Assembly: GCA_030390025.1 (NCBI GenBank)
Contig: CM059433.1
Coordinates: 8,618,001 to 8,682,000 of the forward strand
Reading direction: 5' to 3'
Source: Squalus acanthias
Taxonomy: Eukaryota
DNA length: 64,000 bases
Part shown: positions 49,490-61,249 of the stretch, piece after piece
Layout of the letters: every line of letters starts with the position of its first letter
Position numbering within the stretch: position 1 is the first letter of the stretch
Notes under the pieces: generated by a model
The model's database searches: none
What the model saw: only the letters and a program-made list of their open reading frames with translations
Told to the model about the DNA's origin: nothing
Translations under genes and position numbers: made by a program

Positions 49490-50082
49490 AGAACGGTAGC
49501 ATAGTGGTTATAACAACATAACATGAGACGTAGGAGCATTTGGCCCCTCGAGCCTGCTCCGCCATTCAATAAGATCATGGCTGATCTGATCTTGGCCTCA
49601 ATTCCGCTTTCTCTGCCCGCTCCCCATAACCCTTGGCTCCCTTATGTTACTGGACTAGTAATCCAGAGGCCTGGACTAATGATCCAGAGACATGAGCTCA
49701 TAATCCCACCACAGCAGCTGTGGAAATTTAAATTCAGTTATTTAAATAAATCTGGAATAAAAAGCCAGAATCAGTAACCATGAAACTGCCAGACTGTCGT
49801 AAAAATCCAGCTGGTTCACTAATGTCCTTTAGGGAAGGAAATCTGCCATCCTTACCCGGTCTGGCCTATATGTGACTCCAGACCCACAGCAATGTGGTTG
49901 ACTCTTAACTGCCCCTCTGAACTGGCCAGTTGAACCAAACCGCTTAAAGAAATATCACCACACGGACTGCAGCGGTTCAAGAAGGCGGCTCACCACCACC
50001 TTCTCAAGGGGCAATTAGGGACGGGCAATAAATGCCGGCCTTGCCGGCGACGCCCACATCCCATAAACGAATTTTTTAAAAT
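49490..50082 (+). mobile_element. tRNA-head SINE (15645 family) interrupted by an antisense CR1 tail at ~49511-49640
   Basis: Head ggtagcatagtggtta resumes as ttatgttactggactag after the insert. Confidence 0.82.
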
Positions 50083-50220
50083 GTGCGGGGCTCTGCACCA
50101 CCCCTCCCCCCCCCCACCCCCCCATCAAGAGCAGTGACAACAGGCAGTATCAACATCGCTACCCCAGCATCATTCTCAAAATGTGCCCAACACTGTATTG
50201 TTTGACGCAATATAACAAAA

Positions 50221-50547
50221 GTGATGGCAGGGGAGTCCAGAACCAGGGGTCACAGTCTAAGGATAAGGGGTAAGCCATTTAGGACTGAGATGAGGAGGAA
50301 TTTCTTCACCCAGAGAGTGGTGAACCTGTGGAATTCTCTACCACAGAAGGCAGTTGAGGCCAATTCATTAAATATATTCAAGAAGGAGTTAGATATATTT
50401 CTTAAGGCTAAAGGGATCAAGGGTTATGGGGAGAAAGTAGGGACAGGGTTCTGAATTTGGATGATCAGCCATGATCTCATCGAATGGCGGAGCAGGCTCG
50501 AGGGGCCGAATGGCCTACTCCTGCTCCTATCTTCTATGATTCTATGT
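50221..50547 (+). mobile_element. CR1 3' fragment
   Basis: ORF 50221-50454. Confidence 0.9.
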
Positions 50548-51109
50548 TAAACAAATATGTACACGGGATTTGCCGTTTGCCAGGATTTGGATTTTCTGAC
50601 TCCAGTTCTAAAGTCCAAACATAAAACCGATTGGTATGCACTTTTCTTTACCAATTCCCTTCCCAGCGAACCTAGTGATCAGCTTGACTAGTAATTGACA
50701 CATACAGGTATATTGGCCCATACATTTATTTTGTACTGTGCCGGCCTATACAAACAAATGATTAGTACATGGACATTGCACAAATATTGGTGTGTACATA
50801 CAGAAAGCATTAGCTCTGACCTGGAAATATATATGATACTAGTATAGATATGGAAATAAATTCTAATAACTCAGCTGTAAGGTATATTGTAGTAATAGTG
50901 GACTGTTTTATATAAACAGCTTTCTCTCAATAAAACACTATTCTTGAGACCCAAGGGAAAATGGCGTTCTATTGAGAGGGTAACTACCGAGCTCCCTGTG
51001 CACCAAGTCATTTTCAAGACCCTTGTCTTCAAATCCCTCCGCAGCCTTGTTGAACTCTATCTGGGAAATATTCTCCAAGTGTACGTCCCAGTATGCATCC
51101 TCTGTTCCA

Positions 51110-51735
51110 ATAGCAAAATACTGCGGATGCTGGAAATCTGAAATAACAGAGAATGCTGGAAATACTCAGCAGGTCAGGGAGCATCTGTGGAGAGAGAAAC
51201 AAGAGTCAACAACGTTTCAGGTCTGTGACCCTTCGTCAGAACTGGAAAAAGTTAGAGATGTAACAGGTTTTAAGTTGGCGCAGAGGCAGGGAAAGTGGGG
51301 GGGAGGGAAAGAAAGAACAAAAGGGACGGTCTGTGATAAGGTGGAAGGCAGGAGAGATTAAATGTTGCAAATGGGGATGGCAGAATCATCAACAGCTGCC
51401 GCCTGAAAAAATAGGGGCCGAGGTTATTGTCTGAAATTGTTGAACACAATGTTGAGTCCAGAAGGCTGTAAAGTGCGTAATAGAAAAATGAGGTGCTGTT
51501 CCTCGAGCTTACATTGAGCTTCATTGGAACAGTGTAAGAGAGCGAGGACGGTGAGGTCAGAGTGGGAGTGGAGCGGAGAATTAAAGTGACAGGCGACCGG
51601 AAGCTCGGGGTCACCCTTACGGACTGAACGGAGGTGTTCCGCAAAGCGGTCGCCCAATCTGCGTTTGGTCTCCCCAATGTAGAGGAGACCGCATCGTGAG
51701 CAGCGAATACAGTACACTAAATTGCAAGACGTACT
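51110..51735 (-). mobile_element. Penelope-like element 3' part: GIY-YIG endonuclease domain and terminal repeat with a hammerhead motif (51204-51243)
   Basis: ORF 51424-51753 NLVYCIRCSRCGLLYIGETKRRLGDRFAEH...HF...LEE..I..L.TL.P.GLN; sits within a decayed L2 (~50985-52020). Confidence 0.92.
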
Positions 51736-52049
51736 CTCGCATCCTCTGTTCATCTGATGGATTACTACCTGTTCTCTGCTCCTGCTGCCCCGTCGTGGGA
51801 GGCTGACCCTTCACCCATTGTAACCCATTCTGCGGACTTCTCTTCCAAAGTCACTGCGCACACCTACCTCTCTCCCTGTCTTCAAAAAGCTCCTAAAAAT
51901 CTATCTCTTGGACTGTACACCCTGGGGCCAACATCCCGAAAGCCTTCATTTCCTGCTTTGTAAAACACTCTGTGGAATTAATTTATGTGCAAAGGGCTAT
52001 ATAAATGTAAGTTCTTATTGAAGTGTTTAGTGTGAAGCTCATACAAAGA

Positions 52050-52925
52050 TCAGAGTACAAAGTACAGAGATGAGGTAGAAGATCAGCCTTGATCTTATTG
52101 AATGGCGGAGCAGGCTCGAGGGGCCAAATGGCCGACTCCTGCTCCTATGTCTTATGTTCTTATGTTCTTGACAATCCCTGCGAAACCACAATTAGAATAT
52201 TTTTTCCAGTTTTGGGCACCCTACATTAAGGGGATGTCAAGGCCATTGGAAAGGGTGCAGAAGCAATTCACTAAGATTATACTACGGATGAGAGGCTTTA
52301 GTTACAAGGAAAGACTAGAGTAACTGGGACTCTGTCCATCAGAATTGAGAAGGTTAAGAGGAGATCTGAGCGAGATGTTCAAAATTATGAGGCCTTTTGA
52401 TAAGGTAATTGGTAAGGTACAAGGGATATGGGGATAGTGCAGGAAAGTGGAGATGAGGTAGAAGATCAGCCATGATCTTATTGAATGGCGGAGCAGGCTC
52501 GAAGGGCCGTATGGCCTACTCCTGCTCCTATTTCTTTTGTTCTTATAATATATCACAGTACATATACAATTGCATATATTATGTTCTTATGTTCTTAAAC
52601 AGAGTAAAACCATTTTCACTGGTCAGCGAGTCGATAACTAGACTGCATTCATTTAAAATCTCCACCACAAGAACAAAGGGAGATGTTGGGATTCATTATT
52701 TTTAATGCAGTGGATTGTTAGGTTATGGGATGCCCTACCAGAAATAGGTGGCAATACAGGTGGAAGTAACACCTATAAATAGCCTTTAAAAATATTTGAA
52801 AAAGAAAAATTTTTAAGGAGTTGGGGAAAGAGAAGAGGAATGGCAGGAAGTGGTTGCTCTACAAAGAGAGCAGGCACACGCGTGATGGGCTGAATGGCCT
52901 CTTTCTGTGCTGTGAAATTCTACAG
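52050..52925 (+). mobile_element. Cluster of CR1 fragments (old RT segment with younger CR1 tails)
   Basis: KPQLEYFFQFWAP...FSYKERLE; tails at ~52070-52170 and ~52420-52545. Confidence 0.8.
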
Positions 52926-53257
52926 TTCTACCACTCAAAATCAAGATCAGCTGGAGTCTAATACCCCTGATCAATAGCAGACTTTCCACAGAATAATAGA
53001 CCGAACAGGATGCGGCATACTCCAGTTAATCTAATATGGCTAATTTGTGATCAATTGTAGTGCTTGCTCATTCATTGCAATTGATTAAAATTAATGATCA
53101 GCAAAGTAAATAGCAGATTCTTTCACGGAACAGCAGATTAATGAGGTATGAAATGCTTCATTTCATCCAGTTACCTGCTCAGCTGCAGAAATAAACTATC
53201 GGCGTTTTTTTTAAAGCTGAAAAACTGCGGAAAATATGCTGTACCTTTAGGGTGACA

Positions 53258-53502
53258 TTTTTTTTTTTAGATTCGTTCATGGGATGTGGGCGTTGCTGGC
53301 AAGGCCAGCATTTATTGCCCATCCCTAATTGCCCTCGAGAAGGTGGTGGTGAGTCGCCGCCTTCTTGAACCGCTGCAGTCCATGTGGTGAAGGTGCTCCC
53401 ACAGTGCTGTTAGGGAGGGAGTTCCAGGATTTTGACCCAGCGACGATGAAGGAACGGCCGATATACTTCTAAGTCAGGATAGTGTGTGTGACTTGGAGGG
53501 GA
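53258..53502 (-). mobile_element. LINE 3' tail (557-1090 family)
   Basis: Matches 31068-31310. Confidence 0.85.
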
Positions 53503-54241
53503 AATAAAAATAGTGTAACTGAAACATCACTGCATTGTATGAAGGGAGAGCAACAGTATTAACATTACAATGCACACACAAAGAAAGGCTGATTTCACAA
53601 ATGTGCACTACTGCCAAGAATCTTGCCCACCAGCCACATATATTCAAAAATCATGGGTGTACGGGCTACGACCTTCCATCCAATAATTTTACTGCATTGC
53701 ACCCAGGATTTTCAGTTCATTCGCTTTACTGGCCGTATAGGGCAGTGCTTTCCATCTGTGCACACATTTTATACCGGTTTGTATCGAGCTACCGTTATAG
53801 GAGCTGTTAGAACAGAGAGCACCATGGCAAGATCTGGTGGTTTCTAATGCAAATCTCCTTATGATGTCTGACCGCTGACTATTATTGATTTATGCCTCTG
53901 TATTGTAGCAGTGGTACCATGAGCTTTGTGATAACATAAAGGACTCTGTTCAATACTTGGTGAATCAGCACCACATGCTCATCTTAAAACATCAAACACT
54001 CCTTTAATAGCACTTGCGTGGATTCCCAAAAGCTCAGCAAGTTTATCTGGTGAGTAGCTGGGCGCCACAGCCCAGGAAGGGCTCAGATTCAAGGCTTAGT
54101 CTAAGAGGAGTTAACTGATATCAGCCAGCGTAACAGTTGGAGTCCTATAATTGGCCTCACTGTTGCTAGATTAGGGAGGGGGAAAAAATCAGACAAGGTC
54201 CCTGTTTCTGATCGTTATCCGGTGAATCCCTTTTGAGAAAC

Positions 54242-54266
54242 TGTGTGTGTGTGTGTGTGTGTGTGT
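54242..54266. repeat. (TG)n microsatellite within an old SINE-like repeat
   Basis: Direct reading. Confidence 0.9.
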
Positions 54267-54297
54267 GGACATCAGGTGAGGACAGTATCAACCCCAT

Positions 54298-55136
54298 GGC
54301 CGCGATTTTATCAATGGAGGCGGGTTGGATGGTTTCCGGCTTCCAGTCCCGCCCCCAGCTGCATCCGGCCCACAGATGTGATTTTACGTTGATTGACCTT
54401 GTTAAGCCCGGCCAATTAAGAGGAAGCCGGTCAGGTGACATCATTTGATGACGCGTCATCTGCCGGTTTTCTTAAAGGGGCCACGCACAATTTTATTTTG
54501 ACAGCTCATTTCTCAGTGTTTGACAGCATTGAGGTGCTGCAAACACTGACAATCACTGCACAAAGGTGAGCTCTTGCACCCAGGCTCTCCAATGACTCCC
54601 TCCATAGGCTGGAATAGATGGCAGCTGCAGGTGAGGTGACAGAAGTGATCTGTCACTGGTGAGAGAGGTTCTCCCAATAAGGCAGCACTGGACATGGATT
54701 TAAAAACTTGTAACCTAAAGAAATGTGTAAATGTATTAAAAATGATTTTCCCAACATTTTCTTACCTCTGAAACTCACCAGTGCAACATTGGATCCTTCA
54801 CACCACTTCTGCAGCTGTCATCAATCCAGAAACATTACAGCAGAGCCACAGCACGCCACACTTACCCTGGCGTGGTGTCCGGACGTTGGGAAACCCGAGG
54901 CAGAAGCGGCAAAATTCAAAAATAGCCTGTCAACTACTAGCAACTACGTGTTAATAGGCAGGTAATTGCCTTTAATCCTCTTCCCGCCGCTAGGTGTCGG
55001 GTCCCTGCGCAAATTGGAGACCCAACATTTGGGAAAATTGTTTGGAGGCGGGTTGACGGCGGGATCGCAATCAAAACGATTTTACCCTTTGACCCGCCTC
55101 CAAATCCGCCCTCTGAGCGCTGGCAAAATCCAGCCC
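54298..55136 (+). mobile_element. Harbinger-derived element (43345 family)
   Basis: TIR ggccgcgatttt / aaaatccagccc; 54390-54605 homologous to 43455-43680. Confidence 0.78.
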
Positions 55137-55634
55137 AGGGTTCTCTTCATTTTCCTTCTAAGGCATTAGAAAATATTTCAATGCAGGGGGTTGGCGCTCT
55201 CTAATAATGTGACTGGAGGGCCTGAACACTACTCCAGTCGCTCCGGGCCTGTTAACAACAGGTGCTGAAAGGGACGCCTATGAAACATGTTCAAAAAAAC
55301 TTACGTCTGCACACGTTTCTTGGCCACGAACGTTGGGAGCGATTTTCAACGGACGGCCTCCCGTTTCATCGCCTGAAAAGCATGGCGAGGAAAATTGGGT
55401 GGGCATCTTGGTCACCCCCTTTTGCCGCTCAAGGCCCACCTGATTCAGTTTTCAGGCAGGCCTTTAAGTGGGCGCCCAGCACTCCCACCCGAGAGAAGCC
55501 GGAGGCTGTTTAAATATACAAGTAGGGGTGCTACGCTGGTTGTGGGAGCTCCCCCACCCCCCCACCACCCGATTGTAGAAATGGGTGGAGTGCGCACCAT
55601 CCACACTAGGCTCAGCTGTAGCAGGTATTAAGTG

Positions 55635-55843
55635 TGAGAAGTCACACAACACTAGGTTATAGTCCAACAGCTTTATTTGAAATCACAAGCTTTCGGAGCG
55701 CTGCTCCTTCGTCAGGTGAAGTCTGATGAAGGAGCAGCGCTCCGAAAGCTTGTGATTTCAAATAAAGCTGTTGGACTATAACCTGGTGTTGTGTGACTTC
55801 TCACATTTGTCCACCCCAGTCCGACACCGGCATCTCCGCATCA
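55635..55843. mobile_element. Fold-back Penelope terminal insertion with two opposed family B hammerhead cores
   Basis: 13-bp TSD caggtattaagtg (55622-55634, 55844-55856); ~83-bp inverted arms 55633-55715 / 55723-55805. Confidence 0.85.
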
Positions 55844-55934
55844 CAGGTATTAAGTGGCCTTAAGCCCCGGTGCTTAAAGGGACTACTGCAGGCCGCTCAG
55901 GAAAAGGTAAGTGTTTGGGTATTTTTGCTACCCC

Positions 55935-56095
55935 CGTCCCCTCCCTAACAGCACTGTGGGAGGGCCTTCACCACACGGACTGCAGCGGTTCAAGAAGGCA
56001 GCTCAACCACCACTTCTCAAGGGCAACTAGGGACGGGCAATAAATGCTGGCCTTGCCAGCGATGCCCACATCCCAGGAACGAATATAAAAAAAAT
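55935..56095 (+). mobile_element. LINE 3' tail (557-1090 family)
   Basis: ccctaacagcactgtggg...gggcaataaatgctggcc. Confidence 0.82.
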
Positions 56096-56499
56096 ATTAA
56101 AAAATTACCCCCACCATCCAACCCTATTTCACTTGGTCTTAACTCCCTGTCTGCAATTGCACAAAAATCAACTAGTATATGAAAAATAAATGGCTTGGTG
56201 CCGCTGAACTATCACTAAAGCCACCGGCCTACTTTTTCTGTCAGCAATGGGTCTGTACTGGTTGGTTGTTCCATTGCACAGTGATCCTTCACCCACCCAC
56301 TTCCCATAGGAACTTGCCTGTTTAGGCACCAGCCACTGTCTGCGGGCTGCTGGTCCCCAAAACCACGGACATGCACTCCTGCGTCACGCGCTGTGTGCTG
56401 GGAATGACTACAGAATATTCAAATGGGCTGAACTCGAGACGCCAACTCCTTTCAATGCAGGTGTATTCAGCGCCTCATGAGCGATGTATCATCAACACC

Positions 56500-56940
56500 A
56501 CAGCAGCTTTGGCTCAGTGATCGTATTCTCATCTCCTGGTCAGAAGGTTGTGGGTTCAAGTCCCACTCTCGAGACTCGAGCATGTAATCTAGGCTGACAC
56601 TCCCAGTGCTGTACTGAGGGAGCGCTGCACTGTCGGAGGTGCCGTCTTTTGGATGAGAAGCTAAACCGAGGCCCCGTCTGCACTCTCAAGTTAACGTTAA
56701 AGATCCTATGCCACTATTCAAAGAAAAGCAGGGGAGTTTTCCCCGGTATCCTGGACAATATGTAACCCTCAACCAACATTACTGAAACAGATTATCTGGT
56801 ATTGCTGTTTGTGGGAGCTTGCTGTGCGCAAATTGGCTGCCACATTTCCTACATTACAACAGTAGCTACACTTCAAAAATTACTTCATTGGCTGTAAAGG
56901 TTGTGAAGGGCGCTATATAAATGTAATTTCTTTCTTTCTC
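56500..56940 (+). mobile_element. DeuSINE, full length
   Basis: Head, Deu core and tail. Confidence 0.9.
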
Positions 56941-57021
56941 GCGCTGGCACTGAATTATCATCGGCTCAGTGCGGAGAGGGACAAGTATTTCTGCTGTCAG
57001 TCATTACTCGTTCAATATTAC

Positions 57022-57358
57022 TGGACAGAGTAGATAGAGGGAAACTGTTCCCATTGGCAGACGGGTCAAGAACCAGAGGACACAGATTTAAGGCGATTGG
57101 CAAAAGAACCAAAGGCGACGTAAGAAAAAACCTTTTTACGCAGCGAGTGGTTATGATCTGGAATGCACTCCCTGAGAGGGTGGTGGAGGCAGACTCAATC
57201 ACGGCTTTCAAAAGGGAATCGGATAAGTACCTGAAGGAAAATAATTCGCAGGGGCTACGGGGAAAGGACGGGGGGGTGGGGCTAGCTGAGAGTCGGCAGG
57301 GGCTCGACGGGCCGAATGGCCGCCTTCTGTGCTGTAACCAGTCTATGATTCTATGATT
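57022..57358 (+). mobile_element. CR1 3' fragment
   Basis: ORF 57054 RTRGHRFKAIGKR..FTQRVVMIWNALP; (gattctat)n tail. Confidence 0.9.
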
Positions 57359-57835
57359 CCACAACCAGAAGGCACTATTTATTGATATAATCCATTTATA
57401 TAAAGGGTAAATAATGTACACGGGTTGCGAGTAATGATCAGCGGAACAAGGCTTCAAAGTGCAACTGGCAATCATGAAACTGCACCTCAACAAGGGGTTA
57501 ATGCCTTTAGGGGAGGAGGGGAGGAGAGAAAGAAAAAGCTCTCCTTACGTGTCGCTCACTCATCACATGCATTAGGTGAAGATATAAATAAATAAGAGCT
57601 GTTTTACTGTTGCAGCATATTGCATGAGTAATGACTGACAGCAGAAGTGCTGGGCTTGAATAATCAATAAGTTTAACTATTCTGTAGTGCTGAAAGTGAG
57701 ACCATGTTTCAATACGCCCCATACACACAGCACAAGGAACCCGAGGAGGGTGGAACTGATCTAATTTGCTCTCTCTCGTATCATGAAAACTTTTGATAAA
57801 TTAAGGCACCAATTGTAGTGTCATCGTGTACTCAC

Positions 57836-57917
57836 AGTTGTTGGAATTTTCTAACTCTGCCTTCGTCGGTAGAGTTTATCCCCTTTTCCTTATCTGACGT
57901 ACGCTTAGAAAATGTCG
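57836..57917 (-). CDS. Candidate 82-nt exon (phase 1-2; TFSKRTSDKEKGINSTDEGRVRKFQQL)
   Basis: Acceptor gttctccttttcatttcag|, donor |gtgagt; single open frame; several CpGs retained. Confidence 0.5.
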
Positions 57918-58445
57918 CTGAAATGAAAAGGAGAACTGTTTTGGACATGTGGCAGGCACTAAAACAAATCACAATTTTACACGAGATTTATCTTGGTTTT
58001 GTTGGGATGTGCACCACACGGGTAAAAGCAAAATATCAAAAAAGAAAAATACTGCAAATATGAAATGGAAACAGCAAATGCTGCAAAGCTGAAAATTAGA
58101 ATTTACGAAGGGAAGAGATAGGTCAACAGTTCAGCTGTAGTTCGTCAGAACAGAAAACTGAAAAGATAAGAAAGCCCCTAAATAACGTTGAACATAAAAG
58201 AATAAAAAACAAGAGGCCTTGGGATCGATCGCAAATAGGAAGGTCCTGAATTGAATGCCATGTGAACTGCTTATTAGAAAAACAGGAAACTGTTCGGTGA
58301 GATAAAAGAGCATCTCAGCACGGCAACGAAAGGCAGGGTGACCCTGGAGCGCGATCACGCTGCGCCCACCGGTTCGCTACAAGCGTCTCGCGATCGGTGG
58401 GCTATTCTGGACATACCGCTTTTCATTGATCATCAAAACAGAATA

Positions 58446-59196
58446 TTGCCTGTAATTTCCGATTGGAGGCTTCCCGCGTGCGGATGCCTCCTATCGGAAA
58501 AAAATCTACGCCCTTACCTGAGGTGCTCCCGAGGTCCGGACACTTCCGATCCTGGGCCTCTCCACAGTCGAAATGTGCAGGGCCCACGTATCCCAGGGGC
58601 GCAGGCGGTTCGCAAGCGTCCCTGGGATCACGTGGGCCAGGCCAGCCAATAGGAGAAGGGAATCTCCCTTCATACTTTTGACAGATAGACCTGTCAAATA
58701 TATGAATGGGGCATCAATGAAAAAAGATACTAAAACATTAAATACATTTTTTTAAAACCATCACGTTTTTAAAATGAGTTAAAATTACATTAAATTAAAC
58801 ATTTTAAACAAAAATTTAATTTTTTGAAAAAAATAATTGAAGTTTTTTACGGAGCTAAAAATAAACTTACCTTTTTTAAAATACTTTTAAATTATAAGTG
58901 AGTGGAAATTTTTAAAAAACTTTTTTAAACTCTTATGCTGGTAAAAGCAGACCTTATACCAGGCGTAAGATTTCTGAGGGTTTTCTGCGGGCGGAGGTTC
59001 TCCAGAAAGCGGAACTCTCCCCCCGCAGAGGCCCTTCTCCAGGGCAGGCGGAGGATCTGTCAAGAGCATTCCTGACAGATCGGAAATGCCAGTTTTCAGC
59101 GCATGCGCGTCGCACGCCTGAAACCTGCATTTCCGATGTCCCTACGGGTGTGTACACAGCTCGTACCCACCCGTAGGGATCGGAAAATATGGGCCA
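58446..59196 (-). mobile_element. Full copy of the 32004 MITE
   Basis: Reverse complement of 32004-32747; ata on both flanks. Confidence 0.87.
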
Positions 59197-59217
59197 ATAT
59201 TTTACACTCGCACTCAC

Positions 59218-59375
59218 TTGTAGTTTGTTGCGGGCCAATTGTTTTAGCGGTGCTCTCCGTGTAAAAGCGGGTGCTTGTCGTTAAATTGACATTTACTTTG
59301 TGGCAAATGCCACTTATTGGTTCGAGCAAAAGAAAGTGAAAATAACCACGGCAGTCGAAAAGGCATGGGAGAAGC
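59218..59375 (-). CDS. Candidate 158-nt exon (signal-peptide-like then Ser/Thr-rich)
   Basis: Acceptor tttttggcctatttccttatatag|, donor |gtgagt; one frame open for 52 codons and ending in phase 1, matching the 57917 exon. Confidence 0.5.
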
Positions 59376-60057
59376 CTATATAAGGAAATAGGCCAAAAAT
59401 AAAACCTTACAAATCCAGGAGGTCTGAAATTAAAACAATAAGTGATGGAAACACACATACTCAAAGAGAAAACACAGGCCAAGACTCAAGGCACAGACCA
59501 TTCCTCACCTTCACCCTTCACCAGAACTGTGTTCTGAAGAAGGTTCTGCACCCAAAATTCATGTGGAGTCTCTGACCTCCATGGCTAATTTCCTGGCAGG
59601 CCATCACACAAAGCTTTGCACAAGCACGGCTGATTTATAACATCTACCACAACAGCTCTTCAGTGCTCGCTCAAGTGGAACCAGAACAGTGAGAGTTGGC
59701 AGGTTTTGCCATCACATCCAAAGTTGATTCTGCTCTCAGCCAATGTCTGCACATGTGGGCTTTCCATTAGCGGGGGAGGTGTCAATGGCTAGTTACGAGG
59801 AGTGGAAACCCTGAATGATTTTACCTTCCCCAGCCCAGGAGCACTGAGGCCAACTGTCCTGTCCTTATTACTGCCGACATCAGTGAAGGGGACCTTCCTG
59901 GGCTGCAACTCACAAACACACCATGAAGTGCAATGACCAACTGAGCCATCAGGAAGGCCTCCACTTTTGTTTCGCCTATTCTGAAAAAAATTGTGATTTG
60001 GAAAAGTATATTTATATTCCACATTCAACCCTTTATCTGGATAACTTTTAAGAACTA

Positions 60058-61035
60058 TTTCCACATGTACGCTGACAATACCAAGCTCTACTTCGCCACC
60101 ATCTCTCTCGACCCCTCCACTGTCTCTAAATTGTCAGACTGCTTGCCCAACATCCAGTACTGGATGAGCAGAAATTTCTTCCAACTAAATATTGGGAAGA
60201 CCGAAGCCATTGTCTTTGGTCCCCGCCACCAACTCCGTTCCCTAGCCATCGACTCCATCCCTCTCTCTGGCAACTGTCTGAACCAGACTGTTCGCAACCT
60301 TGGTGTCATATTTGACCCCGAGATAAGCTTCTGACCACATATCAGCACCATCACTGAGACCACCTATTTCCACCTCTGTAACATCGCCCGACTCCGCCCC
60401 TGCCTCAGCTCATCCGCTGCTGAAACCCTCATCCATGCCTTTGTTACCTCTCGACTTTACTATTCCAATGCACTCCTGGCTGGCCTCCCACATTCTACCC
60501 TACATAAACTTGAGGTGATCCAAAACTCTGCTGCCCGTGTCCTAACTCGCACCAAGTCCCGTTCACCCATCACCCCCTGTGCTCGCTGACCTACATTGGC
60601 TCTCAGTTAAGCAGCGCCTCGATTTTAAAATTCTCATCCTTGTTTTCAAATCCCTCCATGTCCTTGCCCCTCCCTATCTCTGTAATCTCCTTCAGCCCCA
60701 CAACACCCCCGCCACCCCCCGAGGTATCTGCGCTCCTCTAATTCTGGCCTCTCAAGCATTCCCGATTTTAATCGCTCCACCATTGGTGGCCGTGCCTTCT
60801 GTTGCCTGAGCCCTAAGCTCTGGAATTCCCTGCCTAAACCTCTCCGCCTCGCTACCTCTCTTTCCTCCTTTAAGACGCTCCTTAAAACCTACCTCTTTGA
60901 CCAAGCTTTTGGTCACCTGCCCTAATTTCTCCATATGTGGCTCGGTGTCAAATTTTGTTTGATAATCGCTCCTGTGAAGTGCCTTGGGACGTTTTACTAT
61001 GTTAAAGACGCTGTATAAATACAAGTTGTTGTTGT
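60058..61035 (+). mobile_element. L2 LINE 3' ~1 kb (RT YADD-like region to tail)
   Basis: FHMYADNTKLY..WMSRNFFQLNIGKTE..VRNLGVIFD..LHWL; (gtt)n tail. Confidence 0.93.
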
Positions 61036-61249
61036 ATAACTCAAGCACATTAATGCGAACAATATTTTACTAACATTAGTCAAATGTAGATTACATTTTT
61101 TGTAACATTTAAAATATTTTTATTCAGGCAAAGTAACCAAGATACAACAATAAATATATCTGGCACAACAACAACAGCTTGTATTTATATTCCACAAACA
61201 TGCGGGCAAGACACCGCAGAACCTTCAGGATCTGAACAAAGGTTAATGC

